Position numbers and translations under genes: made by a program. From a virus (taxonomy: Duplodnaviria; Caudoviricetes), in IMG/VR virus record IMGVR_UViG_3300024275_000010, positions 1 through 53,941 of that record: a stretch of DNA of 53,941 nt; one strand, given 5' to 3'. The notes beneath the pieces were generated by a model. That model saw nothing but the letters and a program-made list of their open reading frames with translations. It was not told the origin of the DNA and searched no databases. Position 1 is the first letter of the stretch, and every line of letters starts with the position of its first letter. Of this stretch, positions 38,298 to 47,943 are shown piece after piece.

Positions 38298-38870
38298 ATG
38301 AGCAGTTCCTCGGAAGATTTCAGCTTCGAGGAGCAGGGGGACGTCGCCGCGTCCCCCGACGCTCTGTCCAAGTTGAACGCAAAACTGGCAGAAGCCATTG
38401 AGCTCAAGACCATCGTTGATACGATGGAAGAGGACTTGAAGGCGGCCAAGCAGCAGCTGAACAATCTCAACACCCAGGTCATCCCGGACATGATGGCCGA
38501 ATTGGGCATGGAGCAGGTCACCCAGCGTGGGTGGCAGATTAAGGTCAGCGAGTTCGTCAGTGGCTCCTTGCCTAAGGAAGCTGATAAGCGTGATCTGGCA
38601 ATCAGCTGGCTGACCATTCACGACGCTGATGACCTTATCAAGACGCACCTGGCGGTTGATTTCTCCAGGTCGCAGCACAATGAGGCGCTGAGCCTGGCGG
38701 CACAGATTGAAGAGCAGGGCTTTTTGCCAACGGTGGAAAGCACGGTTCACCCGCAGACCCTTTGCGCCTTTGCGCGGGAACGCCTCAAGAATGGCGAAGC
38801 CCTCGACACGGAAGTGTTGGGGCTGTACACTGGCAGGGTTGCAAAGTTCAAAAAGCTGGGAGAGGACTAA
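38298..38870 (+). CDS. conserved replication-region protein (coiled coil, VHPQTL motif)
   Basis: IPDMM..LG, VHPQTL..F.RE; GGAG RBS. Confidence 0.65.
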   Translation: MSSSSEDFSFEEQGDVAASPDALSKLNAKLAEAIELKTIVDTMEEDLKAAKQQLNNLNTQVIPDMMAELGMEQVTQRGWQIKVSEFVSGSLPKEADKRDLAISWLTIHDADDLIKTHLAVDFSRSQHNEALSLAAQIEEQGFLPTVESTVHPQTLCAFARERLKNGEALDTEVLGLYTGRVAKFKKLGED

Positions 38871-39396
38871 TGATTTACAAGTTGACCTTTGGGCATCAGA
38901 CGATGCTCATTGACAGTGAAACCCTGGACCCTGGCGAACTTCGTAACCTCAAGGACCTGGGCCATTGTGCACACTTCACCCTTGAGCGTAACAATCCAGA
39001 CCGTCTGCCGGGCATGGACCATGATCCGTTGGACGATATCGCTAAGGAAATAGTGGGTGGAAGAAAGTATTCCTCACCCACATTCAATCCAATTCTCAAT
39101 CAAGCCATTCATCGTGTGAATGAGCGGGGGTTGCAGTGATGGACGCGGGGTTCACACCTGGACCATGGGATATAAGCCTCCAAGGCAACGTCATCGTACA
39201 ATCCGATAGCAGACAGTTTGTTTGCGATCTGAACGGGGTTGTTGGGCATGATGCCAATCTCATCAAGACAGCTCCTGAGCTTTATGATGTGTTGGTTCTG
39301 GTCGATGAAATGTTTTCTTCCCCTGGCAGCATAAACAAGAACTCTGTTCGCGATAAGGTTCGTACCATCCTTGCACAAGTGAGAGGCGAGCGATGA
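38870..39396 (+). CDS. two small genes (38870-39139; 39136-39396 with TPGPW...ANLI..APEL motif)
   Basis: Coupled ORFs with RBSs. Confidence 0.55.
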
Positions 39397-40319
39397 CCAT
39401 CTCCATCATCGGTGCCGGCATGGCAGGGCTGTTGGCAGGAGCCATGTTCCGGCAGGAGGCGCAGATCTATGAGGCTGCCGCAAGCTTGCCGAATAATCAT
39501 CATGCCCTGCTGCGGTTCAGGTCAGACGAGATAGCTCAGCACTTGAACATTGAGTTCTCCCAAGTTGATGTGATGAAAATCGTCAAGCCCTGGCGCAATA
39601 AGATCGCTGAGGCTGTGGGCTATTCACTCAAGTGCAATGGCAAGGCGTCATTGCGGTCAATCCGCTCCGCTGAAGGCAAGGTGGACAAACGCTTCATCGC
39701 GCCGCCAGATTTCATCCATCAGCTTGAGGAGCTGCAGACCAATGAGATCAGGTTTGATGCAAAGATCGGTCGTGCATGGATCGATCAATATGATAACAAT
39801 GCTGGTCCGATCATTAGCACAATGCCGATGGGCTCGCTTATGAGTCTGTTGGAATATCCGGAGCCCCTTGAATTCAGCTACCGCCATGGCCATGTGATCA
39901 AGGCGGAACTTGAGCTGCCGAGCGACCTTTGTGCGACGGTCTATTACCCCGACCCAAACACACCAATGATCAGAGCAACCTTGACGAGTGACTTGCTGCA
40001 GGTGGAGTTGGTTGAGGAATATGACCGCAACAAATTTTCTCTAGAATATATCATGGCCCTGGTGCTGCAAGATTTTGGGCTGGAAGAATGCAAATATTCG
40101 GCCGAGCTGGTGCAGCAGAAATATGCCAAGATCACCGCAATTGATGACCGTGCCAGACGCAAGTTCATCATGTGGGCCACGGACAATTTCAACATATACA
40201 GCCTTGGCCGGTTTGCAGTTTGGAAGCCAGGGCTATTGCTAGACGACGTGTTTCATGATGTGCGCAAAATCCAAGCCATGATGCGCAATGGCACCAATTA
40301 TCATGCGAGGGTGAACTAA
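39393..40319 (+). CDS. FAD-dependent oxidoreductase, UDP-galactopyranose-mutase-like
   Basis: IIGAGMAGL Rossmann motif; IISTMP; YYPDP..P..R; IYSLGRFAVW. Confidence 0.75.
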   Translation: MTISIIGAGMAGLLAGAMFRQEAQIYEAAASLPNNHHALLRFRSDEIAQHLNIEFSQVDVMKIVKPWRNKIAEAVGYSLKCNGKASLRSIRSAEGKVDKRFIAPPDFIHQLEELQTNEIRFDAKIGRAWIDQYDNNAGPIISTMPMGSLMSLLEYPEPLEFSYRHGHVIKAELELPSDLCATVYYPDPNTPMIRATLTSDLLQVELVEEYDRNKFSLEYIMALVLQDFGLEECKYSAELVQQKYAKITAIDDRARRKFIMWATDNFNIYSLGRFAVWKPGLLLDDVFHDVRKIQAMMRNGTNYHARVN

Positions 40320-41072
40320 ATGCAAGTCTATTTGATCGATTATACCGGCAGCGGTCACTTTGACAAGCTGTATGCTGCAAGGCTCTTGGCCTACACAAAG
40401 AACACCCGCCTGGAACAATCTCCTTCCGGTCTGGGCAAGTTCATGGACATGCCGGAATCCGACCTGCTGGACGAGCTTGATTATATCAGCAAGACCCTCC
40501 GCAGCAGCTGGGAGTTTGTGGATTACACATTCCAGATCGTCGGTGTGACAAGGGCATTCACCCATCAGCTGGTGCGCACCCGCACCGCCAGCTATGCCCA
40601 ACAGGCGCAGCGCGTCGTCAACATGGGCGAGTTCGGCCACCTGGTGCCGGACACGGTGAAGGGTGACCCCATCAAAGAGGTAATTTGGGACGGGGTGATG
40701 GAGACAATCAGCTCTGCTTATCAGCAATTGCAGGGCATGGGGGTGCCCAACCAAGATTGCCGTGGCCTATTGCCGACCAACGTGTTGACCAACATCATCA
40801 CCAAGATGAATCTACGCACCCTGGCGGACCTGATCGGCAAGCGCAAGAATTTGCGTGCCCAAGGGGAATATGCGGACGTCGCCAGGGCGATGGAGCGGTG
40901 TGTGCTAGAAGTTCACCCATGGACCAAGGCCTTTCTTGATCCGGAGCGACTGCAGACGCCCAATTTGGACCAGCTGCTCAAGCAAGCCCTGGGTGACAAG
41001 TCACCGGTGGACAAGCCAGAGATCAATGGTGCCTTGAAAGAGCTGGATGGCCTGAAAGGGACTTGGGGGTGA
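40320..41072 (+). CDS. thyX: ThyX-like flavin-dependent thymidylate synthase homolog with altered active site
   Basis: SSWEF..YTF.I.GVTRAFTHQLVRTRTASYAQQAQR; QDCRGLLP; MNLRTL; AQGEY. Confidence 0.8.
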   Translation: MQVYLIDYTGSGHFDKLYAARLLAYTKNTRLEQSPSGLGKFMDMPESDLLDELDYISKTLRSSWEFVDYTFQIVGVTRAFTHQLVRTRTASYAQQAQRVVNMGEFGHLVPDTVKGDPIKEVIWDGVMETISSAYQQLQGMGVPNQDCRGLLPTNVLTNIITKMNLRTLADLIGKRKNLRAQGEYADVARAMERCVLEVHPWTKAFLDPERLQTPNLDQLLKQALGDKSPVDKPEINGALKELDGLKGTWG

Positions 41073-41385
41073 AGAAGCGCCCTTATAACCACATGCAAGC
41101 CCAGCTTGATAGGGCTATGAAAAATGCCGGTTGGCACAACTGGTATTTCTCTCGTGGCCATTTCTACGGCTCTGGAAAGGTGCTGCGGAAGCTGATGCGG
41201 CAACACAGTTGGCGGAGGAAGCATTGACAAGGCTTGAGCTGCTAGAACATGTCAACCAGCTCAACACTTTGGCCGAACCTGGCGAACGCTATTGGACGGT
41301 GACCGTGCTCTACAACACGGTGGTCTATAAAGCTGTTGGCAAAGAAGCCAAGATTTTTGAAGTTGAGAAGGGTGTGCCGGCATGA
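41069..41385 (+). CDS. two small genes (41069-41227, 52 aa; 41224-41385, 53 aa)
   Basis: GTGA and TTGA overlaps; GGAGG RBS before TTG 41224. Confidence 0.45.
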
Positions 41386-41831
41386 CCATCCCCATCATCG
41401 TCGTAGACCTCGACGGCACGCTGTGTAACTCTGCTCACAGGGAGCACTTAGCCAGGGCAGGTGACTGGGACGCATTCCATGGCGCTCTGCTGGACGATGA
41501 GCCGTGGCCCGACGTCAAGAAGCTGCTAGAAAGCTTGTTCAATGATTTCATCATGGTGGCGCTGACAGGACGCAATCAGAAATACCAGATGATGACGCTC
41601 AAGTGGCTGCAGCGCAATGAATGCGTGCTGTTTGACGAGCTGCTGATGCGGCCGGACGATTGCTATCTTTCCGACACTGAGATCAAACCTCAGTTGCTGG
41701 ACGAATTTCTCGAGCGCAATGGCAAGAGCCACAGTGATGTGCTCTTCATTCTCGAGGACCGAGACAAGATGGTGGAGACTTGGCGTAATTTAGGCCACAC
41801 TTGCTACCAGGTGAGGGCTGGAGGATATTGA
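41382..41831 (+). CDS. HAD phosphatase (T4 PNK phosphatase-domain-like, no kinase domain)
   Basis: DLDGTL, LTGR, LLMRP..., K, EDR motifs. Confidence 0.88.
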   Translation: MTIPIIVVDLDGTLCNSAHREHLARAGDWDAFHGALLDDEPWPDVKKLLESLFNDFIMVALTGRNQKYQMMTLKWLQRNECVLFDELLMRPDDCYLSDTEIKPQLLDEFLERNGKSHSDVLFILEDRDKMVETWRNLGHTCYQVRAGGY

Positions 41832-42377
41832 TGATTGAATGGCAGCCAATTCCGTCAGAGGTCGATATCTCCAAGGCTCCGTTTAATGGAGATGAGGTTC
41901 TTCTCTATGCCGATAGCGCTACCGTTAACGTGGTTCGCCTAGCGTGGTGGGACAATGGCGATGACGAAGGATTTGGCGGACCTGAAGACTTGGGCTGGTG
42001 GAGTGCTAAGCATAGCGTTACATCGGAGCATATTCACGACGCACCAGGTTGCAAATGGTCGCATTGGTCACCGTTCAGTCCTCCCGAGAATACATCATGA
42101 CATTCTGGGAGCGCGGCGGGTGCTGGTTGCTAATGGCTATGCTGTCGATTGGATTTTGGACCACACTTTTGATATGGGTGAACAAGTGAGCACGGACTTG
42201 AAAGCGGCAGAGATGGACCAGGCCTTTGAGAAAAGGTTCGGGGTCAAAGTGGAGACGGTTTGGAATATCTTTTCAAACAGTTATGTCACCACCACGATGG
42301 AAGACACCGAAGCAGGGTTGATCCCCGAGCAGGTAGGATGGCTCAAGGGTTGGAGCGATAGGAGTTCACAGGCATGA
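41831..42377 (+). CDS. three small genes (41831-42100 WQPI-type; 42097-42189 TM peptide; 42186-42377)
   Basis: GGAGG RBS; 4-bp overlaps. Confidence 0.45.
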
Positions 42378-42781
42378 GTGATTTCGTACCCAAGGCACTG
42401 GAACAGGCAGCGAGCTTATACCGTGGCCGCAATGCCCTGTACGGCGACAATTACAAGAATTTCGGCAAGCTGGTCGAGGTCCTGTTTCCGGAAGGAATAC
42501 CGTCTGGACCTATGGAATCAATGATCAGCTATCACAATCGCACAGGCGTATTGTTCATGGTGCTCAGCAAGCTGTCCCGCTACTGCGCCAACTTTGGCGA
42601 TGGTGGGCACTCTGATTCGCTGGATGATTTGGCGGTCTATGCCATGATGCTCAATGAGTTGGATGAGGAGATACGGGCAGAGCAGAAGTATCACGAAAGC
42701 CAGAACACCAACCAGGTGGAGGGCCAAACATATAGTGCAGGCCAAAATACCACCCAGGGCGGCGGGATCGATCCGGAATGA
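42374..42781 (+). CDS. DUF6378/Nmad-like all-helical protein
   Basis: R...YGDNY..F, K..RY, HSDSLDDLAVYA motifs; AGGAG RBS. Confidence 0.65.
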   Translation: MSDFVPKALEQAASLYRGRNALYGDNYKNFGKLVEVLFPEGIPSGPMESMISYHNRTGVLFMVLSKLSRYCANFGDGGHSDSLDDLAVYAMMLNELDEEIRAEQKYHESQNTNQVEGQTYSAGQNTTQGGGIDPE

Positions 42782-43314
42782 GGGCGTTCGTGTTCGACAC
42801 GGAAACGACAGGGCTCGTGAAGAATAGCCTCATACCCTTGCCATCCCAGCCCAGAATAATTGAATTTTTTGGTAACACGGTGGACGATGAAACAGGGGAG
42901 GTGATAAATGAAATCGAATTCATTTGCGACCCTGGCATTGAGCTACCGCCAGAGATCACCCGCATCACCGGCATCAAACCGGAAGACATTAAGGGTGCAG
43001 GTCCGTTTAAGCAATATGCTCCCCAGCTATGCCAGATTCTTGCGGAGGCTGATGCTGCTGTTGCTCACAATCTTAGCTTTGACAGGGTTCTGGTGGAGTG
43101 TGATTGTGCTCGTGCTGAAATTGTACCATCATGGCCTAACCGGATGATCTGCACTGTAGAGCAAACAGAGTGGATCAAGGGCCACCGGTTGAGCCTCACA
43201 GACCTACACAGTGAGCTATTTGGGGAACCGTTCAAGGGCGCTCACCGTGCCAGGCATGACGTTCAAGCCCTGACCAGGTGCTACGTTGAATTGAGGAAAA
43301 GGGGTGAGATATGA
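42778..43314 (+). CDS. dnaQ: DEDDh 3'-5' exonuclease (DnaQ/epsilon-like)
   Basis: FDTETTG, VAHNLSFD, AHRARHDV. Confidence 0.92.
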   Translation: MRAFVFDTETTGLVKNSLIPLPSQPRIIEFFGNTVDDETGEVINEIEFICDPGIELPPEITRITGIKPEDIKGAGPFKQYAPQLCQILAEADAAVAHNLSFDRVLVECDCARAEIVPSWPNRMICTVEQTEWIKGHRLSLTDLHSELFGEPFKGAHRARHDVQALTRCYVELRKRGEI

Positions 43315-44093
43315 CCAATAGTCGTAGCGACAGGGTGAGCCTTCTAGCAAAGAAGGTGATGGTCCTCAAAGAATGCAGGGGCATCACATATTCCCAAATA
43401 GCAACTGAGTGTGGTGGACTTAAGATTGGCATGGTTGCTGCGAGGATTTCTGGACTGGTAAATTGCCATTCAATCCGGCCTGATCTCGAACCCCATGTTC
43501 TGGCTTGGGTGAGGAGGCAAGGGCTGTGACCAACATCAAGGACGACCTGGAACAAGCCATGCGCCTGGTGGCGCCGGTCACTGCCAGCATCGGCTTGGCC
43601 CTGGAATGTAAGACCTTCAGACGCAGCACATTGAAAGGGTCAATCGCGGCATTGCGCAAAGCCGCAGATTTGTTGGAGGGGATCAAGTGAATGTACGGTA
43701 GGAGCTACCAAGTCACCTATTGGGACGACCCAGGGGTGAGTTATCCCGGCAAACATTGGGTGGTGCTCGAGATCACTTGGTCCTGTGCGGAACGGCACCG
43801 CGCTGAAGTCATCAGTCGCCATTCTGACCGCAAAGAAGCAGAGACGATGGCAAAGGTGCTTTGGGAGGCGCTAGGTGATTGACGCTCGTACCAAATTCAA
43901 ATTCCTCGGCAACAGATCCGTCGTTGAGGGTGCAGGGGTAGGTCTTGAATGCCATCACTGCCAGGTGAGCTGGGGCGGTTGTGCGGCTGAGTGCTGCTGC
44001 CCGCAGTGCGGAGCTCCCAAGGGCTATTGGGGTGAAGCCTTGGGCAAGTGTTTCTGTGAAGAGTGCGGTGGACTTCCAAATGCTCAAGATTAG
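43311..44093 (+). CDS. four small genes (43311-43529, 43526-43690, 43691-43882, 43875-44093 Cys-rich)
   Basis: Coupled ORFs with RBSs. Confidence 0.5.
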
Positions 44094-47019
44094 GACCGGC
44101 TATTCCTTCCGCGCTGCAGCGGGCAAGCTTGACAAGGTGCTGGACCGGTTGCAGGAGCTGGGACACACCAACGCACCGATCACCGACAGGGCATCAACCT
44201 TCGGCTTTTACCGTTGGAAGAAGGCCTGTGAAGAACGGGGCATGAAGCCATGCTTTGGTGTTGAGCTGGCGGTCACTAGCTCCATCAACGCTAAGAAGCC
44301 GTCGGTGGATTATTGGACGTTCCTGGCAAAAGACAGCATTGAACCCCTCAACTTTCTGGTCACCTTGGCCACCCAACAATTCCGCTACCAGCCATTGCTG
44401 CGGCTTGACCAGGCTCTGGAAGCTGAGGGTATATTCAAGATGGTGGGGCATCGCCCACCCAATGAGCTTTGGGAGCTAGACGCTCTGCCCGACGACACAG
44501 CCATTGGCTTGATGCCGAGCACGCCTGTAGCTGTTGTGAAGCGAGCACTCGCCAAGGGCTGGGCCTTTGCCGCCAGCAGCGATAACCGCTTCCCCAGGGC
44601 AGAGGACCAGGGCTTTTACGAGGTCGTGGCAGGACGCAATGCCGAGAGCCAGACCTATCCGCAATGGATCTTGTCTGAAGAGGAATGGCATCAGTCTATC
44701 GACCATCACAGCTTGCCCGAGATGACGGTGCGAGGGGCATTGGCCCAATCAGAGCGATGGCTCATGGCTTGCAACGCCCAGCTGCAAAAATCATCACTGC
44801 CAAAGTTCCAGGCGGACAAGACCCTCAGCGAGATGTGTCTGGACGGGGCAAAGCGCCTGGGTGTGAACCTCAAGGACAAGACCTATTCTGCCAGGCTAAG
44901 TAAGGAACTCCAACTCATCAAGGCTAAAGGCTATGAGGACTATTTTTACATCGTCGCAGACATTTGTACTTGGGCACGTAGCAGAATGCTGGTGGGACCA
45001 GCACGAGGTTCGTCCTGCGGTAGTCTGGTTTGCTATTTGCTCGGCATTACTACTGTTGATCCTATACCTTTTGGGCTGATCTTTGAAAGATTCGTAGACG
45101 TTAACCGGTCTGACATGCCGGACATTGACATTGACTTTTCTGACCAGCAAAGAAGCCAGGTGTTCCGCTACATAGAGCAAAAATATGGGCAAGAGCATGT
45201 AGCCAGGTTGGGCACGGTGGCAATGTTCCAGCCACGCTCGGCGATTGCTGAGATCGGTATGGGGTTGAACATACCCAAGTGGATGTGCGACGCCCTGGCG
45301 GAATCAATGCCTGCCTTGAGCAAGGGCGACAGCCGCTCCGGCACCGGCATCAAGATGGGCCTGCAAAGCAGCGACATCGGCAAGCGCATCATTGAAAACT
45401 ACCCAGAAGCCTGGGTGATGGCAGAAGCGGAAGACCACCCGCGCCACTACAGCCAGCACGCCGCAGGGATTGTGATTTCAGAACAGCCAATCGTCAAATA
45501 TGTAGCGGTGGACCACAGGACAGGCGCCACCATGTGCGACAAAAAGGACGCAGAAGATGGCTACAATCTACTCAAGATCGATTGTCTCGGCCTCACTCAA
45601 TTGTCTGTGTTTGAAGACACGCTCGAATTGGCTGGATTGCCAAATAACACACTGGAAGGCCTTCCCCTGGATGACCCCAAGGCCTTTGATGTTCTCAATG
45701 AGGCTCGGTGGGCGGGAATATTCCAGTTTAACGGCCAAGCACTTCAATCTATCACTAAGCAGTTCCGGGTGGATAAGTTTGACGACATTGTCTCGGTCAC
45801 CGCTCTCGGACGTCCTGGACCCTTGGCATCTGGCGGTGCTCATGAGTGGATTAGGCGTCGTAACGGCACAAATCCGGTTGCCTATCCCCATCCGATCTTT
45901 GAGCAATATTTGTCTGATACCCTGGGGATTGTGCTCTACCAGGAACAGGTGATGGAGATCGGCCGTAATGTGGGTGATCTGTCCTGGGAGCAGGTAACGC
46001 TGCTACGCAAAGCCATGAGCAAATCGCTCGGCAAGGAATATTTTGACCAATTCGGTGATCCTTGGAAAAAGGGTGCGATATCCAAAGGGGTTGACCCATC
46101 GGCTACAATTAAAATCTGGGACGACTTGTGTGCTTATGGTGCCTGGTCATTCAACAAAAGCCACTCTGTGGCGTACGGACTCATCAGCTATTGGTGCTGC
46201 TGGCTCAAGGCCTACCATCCGTTCGAATTCGCGGCCGCAACGTTAACGCACGAAAACAACCCCCAGCGCCAGATCCAGCTGCTGCGGGAAATGAAGGCTG
46301 AAGGCTATGACTACGTTCCGGTTGACGCTGAGTTATCAGGACGTAAATGGGCAGTGGGTGGACATGGCAGTGAACGTCACCTCGTTGGACCTTTGCATAA
46401 TGTCAAGGGCATTGGACCAAAGCTTGTCAATCAAATTATCGGAGCGCGGAATCGTAATGAGCCAATGCCGGACAGGGCAAAGAAGCTCCTAGAAAACCCC
46501 AAGACCGACATAGACAGTCTTTGGCCGGTGCGCGACGGGTTCCGTCGTCACCTGCCGGACCCGTTGGCTAAGAACATCGTCACCCACCCCACTCCGATCA
46601 TTGATGCCCAGCCCAATTGCAAAGACCAAGAGTTCTTGTTCTTCTGCACCCCGACCAAGATCAACCCCAGGGACGAAAATGAGATCGTCAATATCGCCAG
46701 GCGCGGTGGCAAGCGCATTGACGACGGTTCGCCTACGATCAGCCTAAACCTACAGTTGACGGACGACACCGACACTATCTTTGGCAAGGTGACCAGGTGG
46801 CAGTTTGAGAAGCTTGGGCGACCGATCGTGGATCATGGACGCATCGGTAAGGCACTTTACGCAGTGAAGGGCAAGATGAGGGCCAATGCTGGCTTCAGAA
46901 TGATAACAATCAGCAATGTGCGGTTCATCGGCGACATGGACAAGGGCGTCGGCACTGCCGAAACCCGCGACCAGGGTGGCGGCGGGTCCGACAGCAATAA
47001 TAGTGGGATTGGGGAATAG
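44080..47019 (+). CDS. dnaE: DNA polymerase III alpha subunit (family C, DnaE-like)
   Basis: GPARGSSCGSLV.YLLGIT, FERF, PDIDIDF, HAAG.VI, LLKIDCLGL, YQEQVM, FNKSHS..Y; start at ATG 44080. Confidence 0.96.
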   Translation: MLKIRTGYSFRAAAGKLDKVLDRLQELGHTNAPITDRASTFGFYRWKKACEERGMKPCFGVELAVTSSINAKKPSVDYWTFLAKDSIEPLNFLVTLATQQFRYQPLLRLDQALEAEGIFKMVGHRPPNELWELDALPDDTAIGLMPSTPVAVVKRALAKGWAFAASSDNRFPRAEDQGFYEVVAGRNAESQTYPQWILSEEEWHQSIDHHSLPEMTVRGALAQSERWLMACNAQLQKSSLPKFQADKTLSEMCLDGAKRLGVNLKDKTYSARLSKELQLIKAKGYEDYFYIVADICTWARSRMLVGPARGSSCGSLVCYLLGITTVDPIPFGLIFERFVDVNRSDMPDIDIDFSDQQRSQVFRYIEQKYGQEHVARLGTVAMFQPRSAIAEIGMGLNIPKWMCDALAESMPALSKGDSRSGTGIKMGLQSSDIGKRIIENYPEAWVMAEAEDHPRHYSQHAAGIVISEQPIVKYVAVDHRTGATMCDKKDAEDGYNLLKIDCLGLTQLSVFEDTLELAGLPNNTLEGLPLDDPKAFDVLNEARWAGIFQFNGQALQSITKQFRVDKFDDIVSVTALGRPGPLASGGAHEWIRRRNGTNPVAYPHPIFEQYLSDTLGIVLYQEQVMEIGRNVGDLSWEQVTLLRKAMSKSLGKEYFDQFGDPWKKGAISKGVDPSATIKIWDDLCAYGAWSFNKSHSVAYGLISYWCCWLKAYHPFEFAAATLTHENNPQRQIQLLREMKAEGYDYVPVDAELSGRKWAVGGHGSERHLVGPLHNVKGIGPKLVNQIIGARNRNEPMPDRAKKLLENPKTDIDSLWPVRDGFRRHLPDPLAKNIVTHPTPIIDAQPNCKDQEFLFFCTPTKINPRDENEIVNIARRGGKRIDDGSPTISLNLQLTDDTDTIFGKVTRWQFEKLGRPIVDHGRIGKALYAVKGKMRANAGFRMITISNVRFIGDMDKGVGTAETRDQGGGGSDSNNSGIGE

Positions 47020-47023
47020 GATG

Positions 47024-47768
47024 TCAGCGCGGCATGTCTTTCCAGCGCTCATCGATTTCTTTCTGCTGGCGGGAAAGCTGGCGGAAAGAAGCCATATAGC
47101 CGAGCATCGCTTGGTGAACATTGGCGGCATCAGTCCATTGCCCCAGGGATTCATGGGTCTTGCGCCAGTTGCGGCAGATCTTGGCCTGGGTGAGACAGAG
47201 TTCGCGGGAGCGACGGAGGAAATTCTTGGTGAGAGGGTGGGACATCACAGAACTCCATTCTCTTTTGCGAATTGCTCTTCTGGGGTGGGGATGTGGAGGC
47301 CATCTAGCCTGGGGATGATGGACATTGCTTCTTCAATGGCATCACACTTGCGAGACCAAAGCCCTGCCTCACGCACCATTTCACCAGTTGACCGGCGACG
47401 GATTTCACAATGCCACTGATCGCTGCCATAATAAGGACCCCGCACGATATTGGCGTGAAACCACTCGCCAGAGACCACATACCGTCCGTTAAGAACCTTT
47501 GTCGTTTTCATGGCCAATCCCCCCCTCAGTCAAGACCGACCGGCTTGTCGGCATAAACAGGACGCACAGTGGCTCGGCGCTGGCCGAACGAATTCGACCG
47601 GTAAGTGCGATAAACACCACCAAAATTTGATTCTTCGCGCCTGGTCGAGCAGCCATCGATATCGTTGTGCTCGCCAACAAACAGCTTTGCTTTGGCGATT
47701 GCTTCATCGAGATCGGAGAAAAGCTGGACCATGTCGTGGCCCTTGGCGATCTGGCGATATAAGAACAT
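47024..47768 (-). CDS. three small leftward genes (47024-47248, 47245-47517, 47526-47768)
   Basis: AAGGAG RBS before ATG 47768 and GAGGGGG before 47517; downstream of promoter copy 2. Confidence 0.55.
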
Positions 47769-47804
47769 TTCATTCTCCTTTTGGCTGGCTTCCTTCGAAG
47801 CCAT

Positions 47805-47841
47805 AACCCCTTATCTCTCTAAATTGTCAAAAAGAAAACAA
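47805..47841 (-). promoter_or_regulatory. conserved leftward promoter element, copy 2
   Basis: AACCCCTTATCTCTCTAAATTG(C/T)CAAAAAGAAAACAA on + strand. Confidence 0.7.
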
Positions 47842-47943
47842 AAAAAGCACTTTTGAGCAAGATTTTTGAAAATACCCATTTTGGATCCTTTCAAAGAAGA
47901 GCGAAAAGAAACTTTCAGCGGAACCAGTTTGTAGGGAGTTTTT

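Noticed and set aside
39393-43314. Known 7-deazaguanine, 2-aminoadenine, hmU or dU substitution pathways
   Set aside because: No FolE/QueCDE/DpdA, PurZ, dCMP/dCTP deaminase or ThyA-type hydroxymethylase was recognised
43981-44079. Longer starts in the ORF track (dnaE 43981, capsid 2216, 18410, 37413, 30806)
   Set aside because: Most overlap upstream genes extensively; the downstream starts have better RBS, coupling or promoter context
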